Shown here: positions 11,753-23,036 of the stretch, one piece after another
Numbering within the stretch: position 1 is the first letter of the stretch
How the letters are laid out: every line of letters starts with the position of its first letter
NCBI GenBank assembly: GCA_054600435.1
Contig: BAAIJX010000025.1
Span: forward strand, 310,001 to 342,471
DNA from: Neophaeotheca triangularis
Lineage: Eukaryota
Direction of reading: 5' to 3'
DNA length: 32,471 nucleotides
Position numbers and translations under genes: made by a program
Notes under the pieces: model-generated
What the model was told of the DNA's origin: nothing
The model's input: only the letters and a program-made list of their open reading frames with translations
Database searches by the model: none

Positions 11753-12416
11753 TTGAAGCATCCTGGTTGACGAAAACGAACGATAGGGCTGCAGTGCTTG
11801 GCTGTACTACAGGGGTATGATATCGGGCTGGGCTCTAGATGCCCTTGGAGTTGCGTTTTGGCGTTTTCTTCTATCTTTATTTTCTTTCTCATTGGGGCTT
11901 TGTATGTGGATTCATGTCTCGATTGACAGTCTCGAGCGCGTCCGGGTGGCATGGCATGGTATTGATACATTTTCAGCAGCGTTGAGTTTTTGGAATGTGC
12001 ATCGAAGCGATGAAGCGGGTTGTGCGGCTCTTTTCACGAACAGTCTGTTGCTGTTTTATAAACAAATACAGTGCATGAAGTTCAATCTTAGAAAACGTTA
12101 AAAGACGTGCACCCCTGGCAGCGGAGCAGAACTGAGCGCAAAGTCCACAAACTAGCGTCTGGTCCTTCCACCCAATCAGTGCGCCGGCGCTCAAACAGCA
12201 ACTCCCCCGAGCTCCGCAGCTGAAGAACTTAACCCCCCAGCCCATCAGACCTCCCACCCCATCCATCCCTAAGGTACCTTATACAAACCCATCAACGCCT
12301 CCACCCAGAGTCTCCACCAACCTCACAACCTCACACCGACCCGTCCTCACCGTCCGCGCCCCTCGACCCACCAGCGCAAATCCAAAACCGCACCCCTCCT
12401 CCCCCCTTCTCCGACA

Positions 12417-13294
12417 ATGCCCCCTAAGCCCCAGCCCAACCGCTCGGCCGTCGGCCTCTCCAACGGCGGACGTCAAGCTCAACAGCAGGGCTATGCTAGA
12501 CAGGTTCTGAATGGCTTGGCCGACCCTGAGAATAGGGGTGTCGTTTTGAGTGTGGGGTTTTTTGCTGTGAGTTTTTTTTTTTTTTTTTTGGTTCTCTCTC
12601 TTTCTTCTTTTTGGTTTTTGGGGGTGGGGGTTGCTTTTTGGGGTGGATTGGGGTGGGGTTATCGGTGGGTTGGGTTGGGTTGGTCGAAGGGTTGGGGAGG
12701 AGGTGGCGTGAGTTGGGTGGGTTGAGGGTTTGGGGGTTGAAAGGTTGAGCGCATGAGTTCTTGGGGGATGGGGGATGGTGGTGGTTTTGGGGCTTATGGG
12801 AATGGGACGAGGAGGTCGAAGGGGCGGGGCTTTTCGGGGAAGGGGTCATGAGTCTGCGGATAAGATGTAGAGGTGGTGCGGGTGCTGTGGCAACAACAGA
12901 AGAGAAGAAGTGCATAAGGTTCAAGGATGGTGGGAGTAGAATGAAAGGCGAGAGGCGAGAGGCGCTATAGAAAGGCGAAGTTGGTTGGAGAAGAACGATC
13001 CACTGCTCGTCCTGGAGCTGAAGAATTGGGATAGAATTGGGATTGTGTGCGACTCGACGTCTGGGCTGTTTTGTCTGCGAAGAGGGATGGGTGTTGCGAG
13101 GAATGGCGTTGCGCACGACTGCCGTGATGAGCATTGAAGACAAATATGAAGACTGAGCCTTTGCTGACTTTACTTCTCCCTAGGCCGGCGTAGCATTCCT
13201 CCACAGCAGCTGGAGCGAGGTCTTGCTCCCTCCGTAAGTCGACTCGAACGCCGTGGCTCTTCACTCACATGGCTAACAACACTGCAGTCTCTAA
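12417..13294 (+). CDS. TOM6: Mitochondrial outer-membrane translocase small subunit Tom6, ~68 aa, 3 exons (12417-12566, 13184-13233, 13288-13294)
   Basis: Spliced product MPPKPQ...LADPENRGVVLSVGFFA-AGVAFLHSSWSEVLLPP-L* matches the filamentous-fungal Tom6 pattern (EN.SVV.S..FF...VAFL.SSW.E.L). Intron 1 is 12567-13183 (GTGAGT..GCTGAC..TAG) and intron 2 is 13234-13287 (GTAAGT..GCTAAC..CAG). Confidence 0.85.
12540..12860 (+). repeat. Low-complexity poly-T then G/T-rich (GGGTT-like) tract in TOM6 intron 1
   Basis: A long T run at ~12572-12589 is followed by many GGG tracts (gggttgggttgggttgg). Confidence 0.85.
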
Positions 13295-14426
13295 GCTATT
13301 CACCGAATTACGACGTCGTCTGGTGCGCGCACACAAAGAAGGGAAGCGAGGGTTGAACCTGCGAATGTAACGATAGCGCAGACATGTACTATACTGTACC
13401 ATACCAGTGGCGAAGATGCCGATGCAATAGCATGATGGTTGCTCTCTGGCGATTGATTACGTTTTTTGGGTTCCTTGTGACTAGGCCAGTGCAAGCTACT
13501 CGAGTAGATCGGAGGGTTGTTTAGGACCGAAATACTTTGATGACCGTGAGTTAGCCCCTGAACGAGAGTATTGCACGTGAGTTTTCTCGAGAATGTGCTT
13601 TCCCTGCCGGGTTTGACTGTTCATAGGTCACCAGGATATGGCAGCAGGTGGCTATTAGTTGACAAGGTAGGTACTATAAGGTATACACTAAACAAAGGCA
13701 GGGAACAGGGGATCTTAGTAACGCTGCCGCCTCGTGGCCATTCGCCCAGACTGATGGGCAGCTAGCTGCCAGCTGGGTAGATAAGGTATGGGGGCTAGAT
13801 TTGCGGACACTGAACCTTCCGCCCACGCTGCCATCCCCCGAAGTCTCGCTATACCGATACCCACGGTACTCAGATAAGGTAAGGTGAGACAATGCGAGCC
13901 AAGACCGAGGATGATGGTAAGGTATCTAGGTAGGTAGGTTCTTGGGTGTGAGGGAAGAAGCTTGGCGCTAAGAAGACGCGGATCATGGGCAGCTGGTTGG
14001 AAAATCACATTTAGTGCGTTCGGAGGTACGTGGTGATTTGGTAATGAATCATGAGATTACCTAGGTGACTTACCTAGGTATTGACCTCAGCTGCAGACTC
14101 CCGGTCCCGTCGTCTTTGAACAGACCTAATGGATGCATTGCATTGGCGCATAGGGCAAAGGCTGGGCACTTGCGGGGGTGCCACGGTGTGAAGCGAGTGG
14201 CGCCAGCGGGACTCAAAAGGAAACCCCAGATCGTCTGGGGCAGTGGGCGGAGCAAGTAACAAGCAATCGCTACCGTACCTACCTATAACCTCCTACCTTC
14301 CATACCCATCTGCCTACCTAGGTACTGCCTACAAGACAAGACGCTTATCGTCTGCCGTTTTGCCACCGTCACTATTCCATCCACTCCAATCTTCACTCTG
14401 ACTACCTCTCACTCGTGCTCTCTCTC

Positions 14427-14467
14427 ATCATCATCATCATCATCATCATCACCACCACCACCATCAT
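14427..14467 (+). repeat. (CAT)n(CAC)n trinucleotide microsatellite in the 5' leader of the RING gene
   Basis: catcatcatcatcatcatcatcaccaccaccaccatcat is directly visible. Confidence 0.9.
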
Positions 14468-14609
14468 TGACTGAGTATTACCACTGGGCAGTCGCCATGC
14501 CCGCCGTCCCTCACTCGCACCACCCATCACGTCTTCTGCCAACATAACACATTCAGTAGGGGACCATTCTACCACCGACTGCTCTCATCAACACAACATA
14601 TTCGCCACC

Positions 14610-16355
14610 ATGGCCAGCTTGCATCTGCCAAGGTGGATGACAATCGCTTACGTGCTGGCCATCAGCATCACCACCACCGTTGCGCAGACAGTCACTGCCG
14701 CCGATGACGGCGACTTACCAAGACGGATTCGGTATCCTGAACATGACCACATGATGCTGGGAGGGCCAAAATTCACCGACTATGGCTGGCAAATCATCGC
14801 CCTCACAACCGACGCCGAGACCACTCCAGAGGGAGCTCTGCAAGGCCGTCTCTACAATGCTACGTCCGACGTAGCTGTCTCGACGGACGATGTTGCCTTG
14901 CTATCCTGCGATGCGGACAGTTATCCCGGTCCAAGTGGCCCCATGGACTATCTCGAAACGGTCGGAGGCGCTGGAGCTGAACACGATGAACGTCCAAGCG
15001 TCCTGTTCTACTCCGAGAAAGAACAGTGGTGTAATCTTGAAGACTACGACGGCCCGGTGGCGCGGGTTTACAGTATCTTTAGCATGACGGGGTCCCGTCG
15101 AGCGCGGACTCTGCTGAGCCATTTCCGTGACGAACCGGAGATGCAGGTTCGCATTGGGACTTTGAAACAGCTTGAAGAGATACGCGGAGAGGAAGAAAAC
15201 GACGATGCGGGTACGTTCGCCTCGTCTGCCATTCACAGTCATGGTGAACGTGATGATAACGAGTCTCCAGGCCACAGCCCTAGTACCGCTGTCGCTATGA
15301 TTATTCTATATTCTATCACTGGCATCATCACGACGCTCTTCGTGGTCATCGTCCTGACGGGAGCCATCCGAGCTCACAGGCACCCGGAGCGTTACGGCCC
15401 GAGACATGTCTTTGGCCGGCCACGCCAGAGCAGGGCCAGAGGTCTCGCCCGCGCCATGCTCGACTCGCTACCTATTGTGAAGGTCGGCGAACGCGAGCAA
15501 AATAAGGAAAGCGACCTGGAACTGGCCGAGAGAAATAACAGCGAAGCCGTCTCGGAAGAGCATGGCGCTAAGAACTCCCCAACGACCAACGCGACAGAAG
15601 TCAACGCCGACGGCACAGCAGAGCCCTCCGTGTCACCGCCCGGCAACGACGGTACCAACAACGCCACCGGCGCTCCCAGCGGTATCGCAGCTGCCAGAGC
15701 CATCGACCGCCCCGCCGCCGAGAGCGACAAACTCGGCTGCAGCATCTGCACGGATAATTTCGAGACCGGCCAAGACCAGCGCGTCCTCCCCTGTGACCAC
15801 CGCTTTCATCCTGAATGCGTCGACCCCTGGCTCCTTAACGTCAGCGGTACCTGCCCCCTCTGCCGCATCGACCTTCGTCCCGCCGACGCCAGGCAAGAAC
15901 CCCAACTCGATGACCATGGTAACCCCATCGAGGGAACCGCGAGCGCCTCCGACGGGAATATGCCGCCCCCCCTTGGCCAAGTGGACGGCCAGCCGCCTCC
16001 GAGGATGGGCATCCGTCGCAGCCTAGTCGTGGGCTTGATGGGGAACAACAGGGTCGAGTTTTCCTCGCGAGAAGAGCGCTTGGCGGCGTTGCGGCAGCAT
16101 CGCGCAGCTCAACTTGGGCGGAATCAGGCGGCTGAAGGTTCCGCGAGCGAGGCTGGGAATGGGCAAATTGAGGAGGGCAGGATTAGGGGCCGTTTGAGGC
16201 GTGTGCTGAATATTCGTACTAGACGCACTGGTGCTGCGGCGAATGAGGGCGAGGTGGCTGCGGAGGGTAGCACCGCGGAGGGTGGGGAGTCGAATGAGGC
16301 TGCGGCCGCGCCTTCTGCTGACCAGGCACGGAATGATGATTCTACTGTGCGATGA
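14610..16355 (+). CDS. Membrane-anchored RING-H2 E3 ubiquitin ligase (signal peptide / luminal PA-like domain / TM / RING-H2), 581 aa
   Basis: Strong start context (gccaccATGg), hydrophobic signal peptide, TM segment AVAMIILYSITGIITTLFVVIVLTGAI, juxtamembrane HPERYGPR..QSRARGLARAMLDSLPIVK and RING-H2 CSIC..LPCDHRFHPECVDPWL..TCPLC. Confidence 0.9.
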   Translation: MASLHLPRWMTIAYVLAISITTTVAQTVTAADDGDLPRRIRYPEHDHMMLGGPKFTDYGWQIIALTTDAETTPEGALQGRLYNATSDVAVSTDDVALLSCDADSYPGPSGPMDYLETVGGAGAEHDERPSVLFYSEKEQWCNLEDYDGPVARVYSIFSMTGSRRARTLLSHFRDEPEMQVRIGTLKQLEEIRGEEENDDAGTFASSAIHSHGERDDNESPGHSPSTAVAMIILYSITGIITTLFVVIVLTGAIRAHRHPERYGPRHVFGRPRQSRARGLARAMLDSLPIVKVGEREQNKESDLELAERNNSEAVSEEHGAKNSPTTNATEVNADGTAEPSVSPPGNDGTNNATGAPSGIAAARAIDRPAAESDKLGCSICTDNFETGQDQRVLPCDHRFHPECVDPWLLNVSGTCPLCRIDLRPADARQEPQLDDHGNPIEGTASASDGNMPPPLGQVDGQPPPRMGIRRSLVVGLMGNNRVEFSSREERLAALRQHRAAQLGRNQAAEGSASEAGNGQIEEGRIRGRLRRVLNIRTRRTGAAANEGEVAAEGSTAEGGESNEAAAAPSADQARNDDSTVR

Positions 16356-17334
16356 GTTTGGGAATAGGTTTGGCGTTCGCTGGCACGGCGCTTATTGACG
16401 TGATGGTTTTACGAGGACAACGATGATGGCTGATGGTTGGGTTTATTACTACTTGTTGAGAGCTTTTAGCGTGGATTCTGGGTTGGACGACTATACCACG
16501 AAGCGGGGTCTAGGAGGCAAGGCCATGATTTCATTGGAGTGGTGCCTTGGGCAAACTCGCGGGGAGACGAGTCATACTCGCTACTGTATTTGTACGCTTT
16601 CCGAGCTGGAATTGCCACCACTTGCGACTCACTCTTCAATGGTATCTCCCGGGCGAGCGAAAGCACCCCTTTACACCCTCGAAGAGTGGTAGTCGGAAGC
16701 AGGAGGTCGGGTAGTAGCGAAACTTGAAAGATGAAGCCGTCGTAGCCGGAAAGCGTCCCTGCCCCACCACCTGATCCCCGTAGCCCCGCTGACATCACCC
16801 AACCCCCCCCCTCGTCCACACCCGTGGACATGGAGACGACGACGGGAGTCTCGAGTCGCAACATTACCTACCTCATACAGTATTGATCGTTCACATCTTG
16901 CCGTCTTCAGATCGTCGTCCAACGACGATGGCTTTGTGAAAGAAGACCAATAACAAAGCTCTGAGGCCGTAGGCAAACCCCCACGGAAAGGGTGGATCCA
17001 AGGGACTGCCCATTATTGCTACAAGAATCCATGTGGATGGCTTTCAGCTTTCAGGCAAAAGTCGAGCAAGCATGACGGCACTGCGGACCGTCCACCTGCA
17101 GCATTAAGAACCGAAACAAGCTCCGTGTAGTCGCCCAATTCCCCATAGAAGAGGAGTCGGGCCATGGCTTCGGTCTGCAGGTACTTGTATCGATTGACCA
17201 CTTTCCCTCCCTCTCCCTCCTTCAACTCTGCTTCTCCAATCCAAAGCCTTAGCAACAAGTCCAGATTGACGTTCCCAACGCTCAACTGGAAGCCTTCATC
17301 GCCCACCCTACTACAAAGACACACCTACGCAACC

Positions 17335-18576
17335 ATGTCCAAGTTCGAGCTGAAATGGGGTATTTTGGCTACCGGCGGTATCGCTGAGACCTTTGCTCGC
17401 GACCTTTGGCCCAACCCCGAGACCCGTGGTGTCAAGGACATTGACCACAAAGTCGTTGCCGCCGCTTCTTCCTCCTCTGCGTCTAGAGCACAGGATTTCC
17501 TCAAGGAGGTTCGTGCCGTTGATGGTGCGAAAGCGTACGGTAGCTACAAGGAGCTGGTCCAAGATCCCAACGTCGATGCAATCTATGTCGCTACCCCGCA
17601 TTCGCATCACTACCAGAATGTGATGCTTTGCCTCGAGGCCGGGAAGAACGTGCTCTGCGAGAAGGCTTTCACGACGAACGCGAAGCAGTTGGAGGCCCTC
17701 ATCAAGAAGGCCAAGGAGAAGAATGTCTTTCTCATGGAAGCTGTAAGTTGTCGGCCAGGAGGTTTCCTGCATGCATCATATTAGCTGACACGACGCTTGC
17801 AGGTTTGGACGCGTTACTTCCCTCTCAGCATCTACGTCCGCGAACTCATCACCTCAGGCAAGATCGGCACCGTCTACCGCACGAGCGCCGACCTGTCGAT
17901 GGCCATGCCTCCCGAAGACACCTTCGACAACAGCCATCGAATGGTCAACCCAGACCTCGCCGGCGGCGCGCTCCTCGACCTCGGTGTGTACAGCTTGACC
18001 TGGGTCTTCCAAACGCTGTACACGACACAGAAGAACCCGCAAGCGCCCAGCGTGCAAGGCACTCTTCGTAAATACAAGACAGGAGCTGACGAGCATACTT
18101 CTATGCTCCTCACCTTCCCACGGACAGAAGGAGGCGACGCCCATGGCATCGCAACAACGAGCATGCGTGTGGCCGCGGATCCCGACAATAAGGGCACCGC
18201 TGGCCCGAGCATCCGCATCCAAGGCTCGAAAGGCGAGATTCAAGTCTACCATCCCGCGTTCCGGCCGTCGAGAACCCGTCTGATCCTCGCAGACGGCACG
18301 GTTGATGAGAAGACCTGGACCTTCCCCGGTCCCGGCAAGGGCAGCGGCTGGAAGAATGGCTTTGGGGGTAATTTCCAGGAGGAAGGCGAGGGCCAGGGTA
18401 TGTTCTGGGAGGCGGATGAGGTTGCATACGCTCTCAAGGAGGGGAGGAAAGAGGGCAAGTACGAGAGCTTGCAGGAGAGTCTTGAGATTATGAGGGTTAT
18501 GGATACGGTGAGGCAGCAGAATGGGGTCACGTATCCGGAGAAGATTGAGACTTTGAAGTATCCGGTCGAGTTGTAA
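17335..18576 (+). CDS. Gfo/Idh/MocA family NAD(P)-dependent oxidoreductase (dimeric dihydrodiol / D-xylose dehydrogenase-like), 2 exons (17335-17742, 17803-18576)
   Basis: Motifs WGILATGGIA, YVATPHSHH, GKNVLCEKAF and GGALLDLGVY. Intron 17743-17802 (GTAAGT..GCTGAC..CAG) joins FLMEA-VWTRYFP. An alternative in-frame ATG lies at 17164. Confidence 0.92.
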
Positions 18577-19134
18577 ATGGTGTATACATATTTATTAGTC
18601 TAGGGTAGTAGCGTGCACGCTGATTGTAGCGTGGAACACCTATTTCCAAGCTTCCGTGTTGACGTTCAAGCTCTGGCTAGGTATTATCGCAGTGCTGCAA
18701 TTTCGGGCTGGGTTGGCAGAGTTTCACGCGACCTGGAGGCTTACGGTAGAAGTTGTTTCATAAACATGTTCATGAAGCTCTTTTCAAGGGCTTGAATGTG
18801 AAGAGTACCACCCTACCTCCTGCATTCTACATTCGAGTTGTGTTGTAATAAGAAAGCATGTCCAGAGCGAGCACCTCAGCACCCGAGGTTGTCTCTTGGC
18901 AAGCCGCCTTCCTGCCGTGCCCCTCCTGCTGACTTTACTTCGGCTCACGACACTAGGTACTTACGCAAGTTGCAACCTCACTGCTATCAGTGTTATGCTT
19001 CGTAGAGTTTTGTCCAACTCTCGTATGGCCTTATCGACATGGCTTCAACAGCCTCTCGTCTCTCAAAAGTCATTGTAAAGTTAGGAATCTAGGTCGCTGC
19101 GGTTCCGCTGGAGCCTGTGAGCCTGGCTTACAGG

Positions 19135-20102
19135 ATGCTGCCAACACCCGCCGGCATGCCTCGGGGCAAGAAACGCATTCGTGAAGATGGGGAGGATGGA
19201 TTTCAAGACGTCCAGCCTGATGAGAAGGTAGTCAAACTTGATACGCCCCTCTTTCCACTGACTTTACCATACTAACGATGTCGCAGAAAGCTCGACCTAC
19301 TACCACCCCTGGTACTGAACAGCAGCCGTGGCAAACCGACTCGGCACTCAACACCCCGGACGTCACTCTGATGTACCAACAAGACGGCGACGAAAGTGAC
19401 TCCCACTCCTCCATGGTCTCGGAAGCCGGCAGCAACCACGAAGACGTAACAATGTCCGACGACGACGAACCCATGGACGCCTCGACCTTCTCCGCCTCCT
19501 CGGACCTCCAAAGCCAACACCCAGCGACCCCCCAGAACCTCTGGCGCACCCGCGTCCAGAGCAACCGCGTCGCAACGCCCATCATGCCTCCTCGACCCGG
19601 AGCCCGGCCGTTGCAGGCCTCACCCGGCGCCATCAAGCAGCACGTTCGCGCCCGCCACCCGCAAGAGAATCTCTCTTCCGATGCAGGACGGCCCGAGATC
19701 CCGTCTCCCATCGACGAAGACGAGGTGCCGACGCCCCCTTCGGCATCCGCGGCCGAAGCGGCCGGCTCGCAGTTGTCCATGCTGAGTGTTAACGACATGG
19801 ACATGGAGGACGCGGGCGTCGAGTCCCCGTTTCCGGAGCCGGAGCAGGGGCTTCAGATTGGTCGGAGTCGGGACAGAGATGAGGCTGTCGACACGACACG
19901 GTCGGACGTCGTGCGTGTGCAGAAGCAGAGGCAGCGCAGCGGTGCCATGAGTGGAGGGGAGAACTCGCCTGCCAGGGGAGGGCCGATGGGGCTTGATGGG
20001 GGGCTCACTGGGGGAAAACGTGGGTTCAGTATGGGTTATAGGTCTGATTGCGAGAAATGTCGGTTGAGGGTTCCGGGCCATATGAACCATTTCATTGCGT
20101 AA
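19135..20102 (+). CDS. Fungal hypothetical protein, mostly disordered, with C-terminal GYRSDCEKCRLRVPGHMNH motif; 2 exons (19135-19227, 19287-20102)
   Basis: Long S/P/D-rich ORF. An upstream exon MLPTPAGMPRGKKRIRED...PDEK joins in frame through intron 19228-19286 (GTAGTC..ACTAAC..CAG), creating a bipartite-NLS-like KKRIR...KKAR. The start codon is uncertain. Confidence 0.75.
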
Positions 20103-20510
20103 GAAGGGGGAGGGGGGGGTGTCTTTAGGGGAGTGTGTTGCTATGTTCTTATTTATGGGAAGCGATGGCGCTAGGCGTTTACTTTACGAAGCATCACGGC
20201 AGTGGGTTAGAATTGCAATGGGATTTGATCTTGGGGGCTTTTTTTCTTCTTGGTATAACTTATTAGTATGTTTGTTGAGCACCAAGGCGTCGAATTGAAG
20301 CTTACAATAATTCATGTCTTGTGACATACCTACTAGTACTTTATGTGGTTGTTTCTAAATAGAGTACCTCACATTGACAGGCGCGGGGCAGATCTAGCCA
20401 GACCCCGCAGCAAGCTTTTGAGGCTTTCTCACTCGCGGCCTGCGTCACAGCAAATCTGAGGTACTTTTTTGAATTTCACCGCTGGACCACCGAGGCTTCT
20501 AAAATTACTT

Positions 20511-20517
20511 TGACTCA
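20511..20517 (+). promoter_or_regulatory. Gcn4/CpcA (cross-pathway control) recognition element TGACTCA
   Basis: Perfect TGACTCA ~120 bp upstream of the DAHP synthase ATG; fungal DAHP synthase genes are established general-control targets. Confidence 0.7.
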
Positions 20518-20635
20518 CGATTTGATACGAAAAGACATTGTTGCGATCTTTGACGACAAACAACTAACTACTTTACTTGCTCCAATCCGCACCAACAAGA
20601 AGACTCAATCTACATCCGACTGATACACAGTAATA

Positions 20636-21899
<1,264 letters not shown>

Positions 21900-22277
21900 G
21901 AGGTAGTAGTGTGACGGTTGGAGGTCTGAAGAGACAGACGTGCTGTCTTACTTTCTTGTAGTATTGATACACCAGCATTTCCTGCGGCGTTTTAAGAGGG
22001 TATCTAGCTTTGCAAAAGATGACGCCAAACCCCCTGCTGCTCCTTGCTCTTTGCTCCTTCCAGACTCCTGGCTCCACTAGCCAACCCTGCATATTTCCAA
22101 CCTGCTCTTTTCTTCCCCTCCCCGCGCGAACATTCCTCGTAGTCCCTGCGTCCTTGGAAAGCCGTCTCCGCGTCGTGCGTGTATCAACGGCCGCCGTCTT
22201 CCCACGTCCCATCCCACCCCATCCCATCGCTTCGTGTCGCCACGCTTCGTATCGCTTCATATAGCATTAGTCCAATC

Positions 22278-23036
22278 TCAGACCGGCAAATCCTTGTGCG
22301 CCCTCTCATTCGCCCCAGCCTTATCCCCGGCAACTTGCAAACCTCGCGCCAGGTACGGTCCAACGACGGGAATGTTATAAGCGAACCCCGCGATGGTTTT
22401 GAAAAACTGCCATCCCTCAAAGTCAGCGAAGAAAACCCACCAAAGCCATCACGCCTGCCCGCCCGCCTGCCTGCCTCCCTCCCTCTCTGCATCCGCAGCA
22501 TAGCCCCCAGCCCTCCCCCCCACCTTCCAATCCGCCAATCCAGCTCGCTTCCAATTTCCAAGAAACGGGTCAAACTCACCTCCCCAAAAAGCACAAAAAT
22601 CCCATAACACTCGACGACAAAGCCGACAAAAGTCCACCGCATCAAAATCAACCCCACGCCCGCCCAAAAAGCCAGACTCCCGCGCCATTTCTGCTTGCGA
22701 GCGAAGAAGAGAAAGGTTCGGCTAGGACCTAGGAGGAGCGTGATGCCGAGCAGGAAGAGGATGTTGCCCATGGCTAGCAAAGCGCGGTCGAAGAAAAGGA
22801 TTAGGCCTAGGAGGAGGAAGAAGCCGCCTGTTGGGGGTGGGGGTTAGGGTGGTGGTTGGGGTTGGGTTGGGGTCGTGCGAGGTGGAGGGTTGGGTGGCGT
22901 ACCTACCGCCGCTGCAGAAGGCTACGCCTATTTCTGTGCGTGGAGTTAGTATCTTGTTTTCTGGGTTTGAAAGCGGTGGTAGTGGTGGGGGTTGCGTAGA
23001 CGTACTTTGGGAGTCTGTGAGCCAGTAGCTCGGCAT
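22278..23036 (-). CDS. GOT1: Got1 family Golgi/ER vesicle-transport membrane protein; 4 exons (23036-23006, 22933-22907, 22827-22580, 22406-22278)
   Basis: Spliced product [47 protein letters not shown]...YGIFVLFGE-FFKTIAGFAYNIPVVGPYL...DLPV*, with the Got1 signature [14 protein letters not shown]. All introns are GT..CAG with branch points. Confidence 0.93.

Noticed and set aside
12496..13143. 215-aa minus-strand ORF rich in P/K/H/N
   Set aside because: It is the antisense reading of the low-complexity TOM6 intron, which lacks stops because of its composition.
13124..13167. Possible intronic C/D snoRNA (GTGATGA ... CTGA)
   Set aside because: The boxes are only ~25-35 nt apart, the second CTGA is the branch point, and no terminal stem or rRNA guide is recognisable.
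16730..16890. Pro-rich reading frame between the RING and dehydrogenase genes
   Set aside because: No usable start or splice structure; explained by a local C-rich tract.
22835..22872. Telomere-like GGTTAGGG in GOT1 intron 2
   Set aside because: It is a single unit in a G/T-rich tract and coincides with the antisense of the CTAAC branch point.
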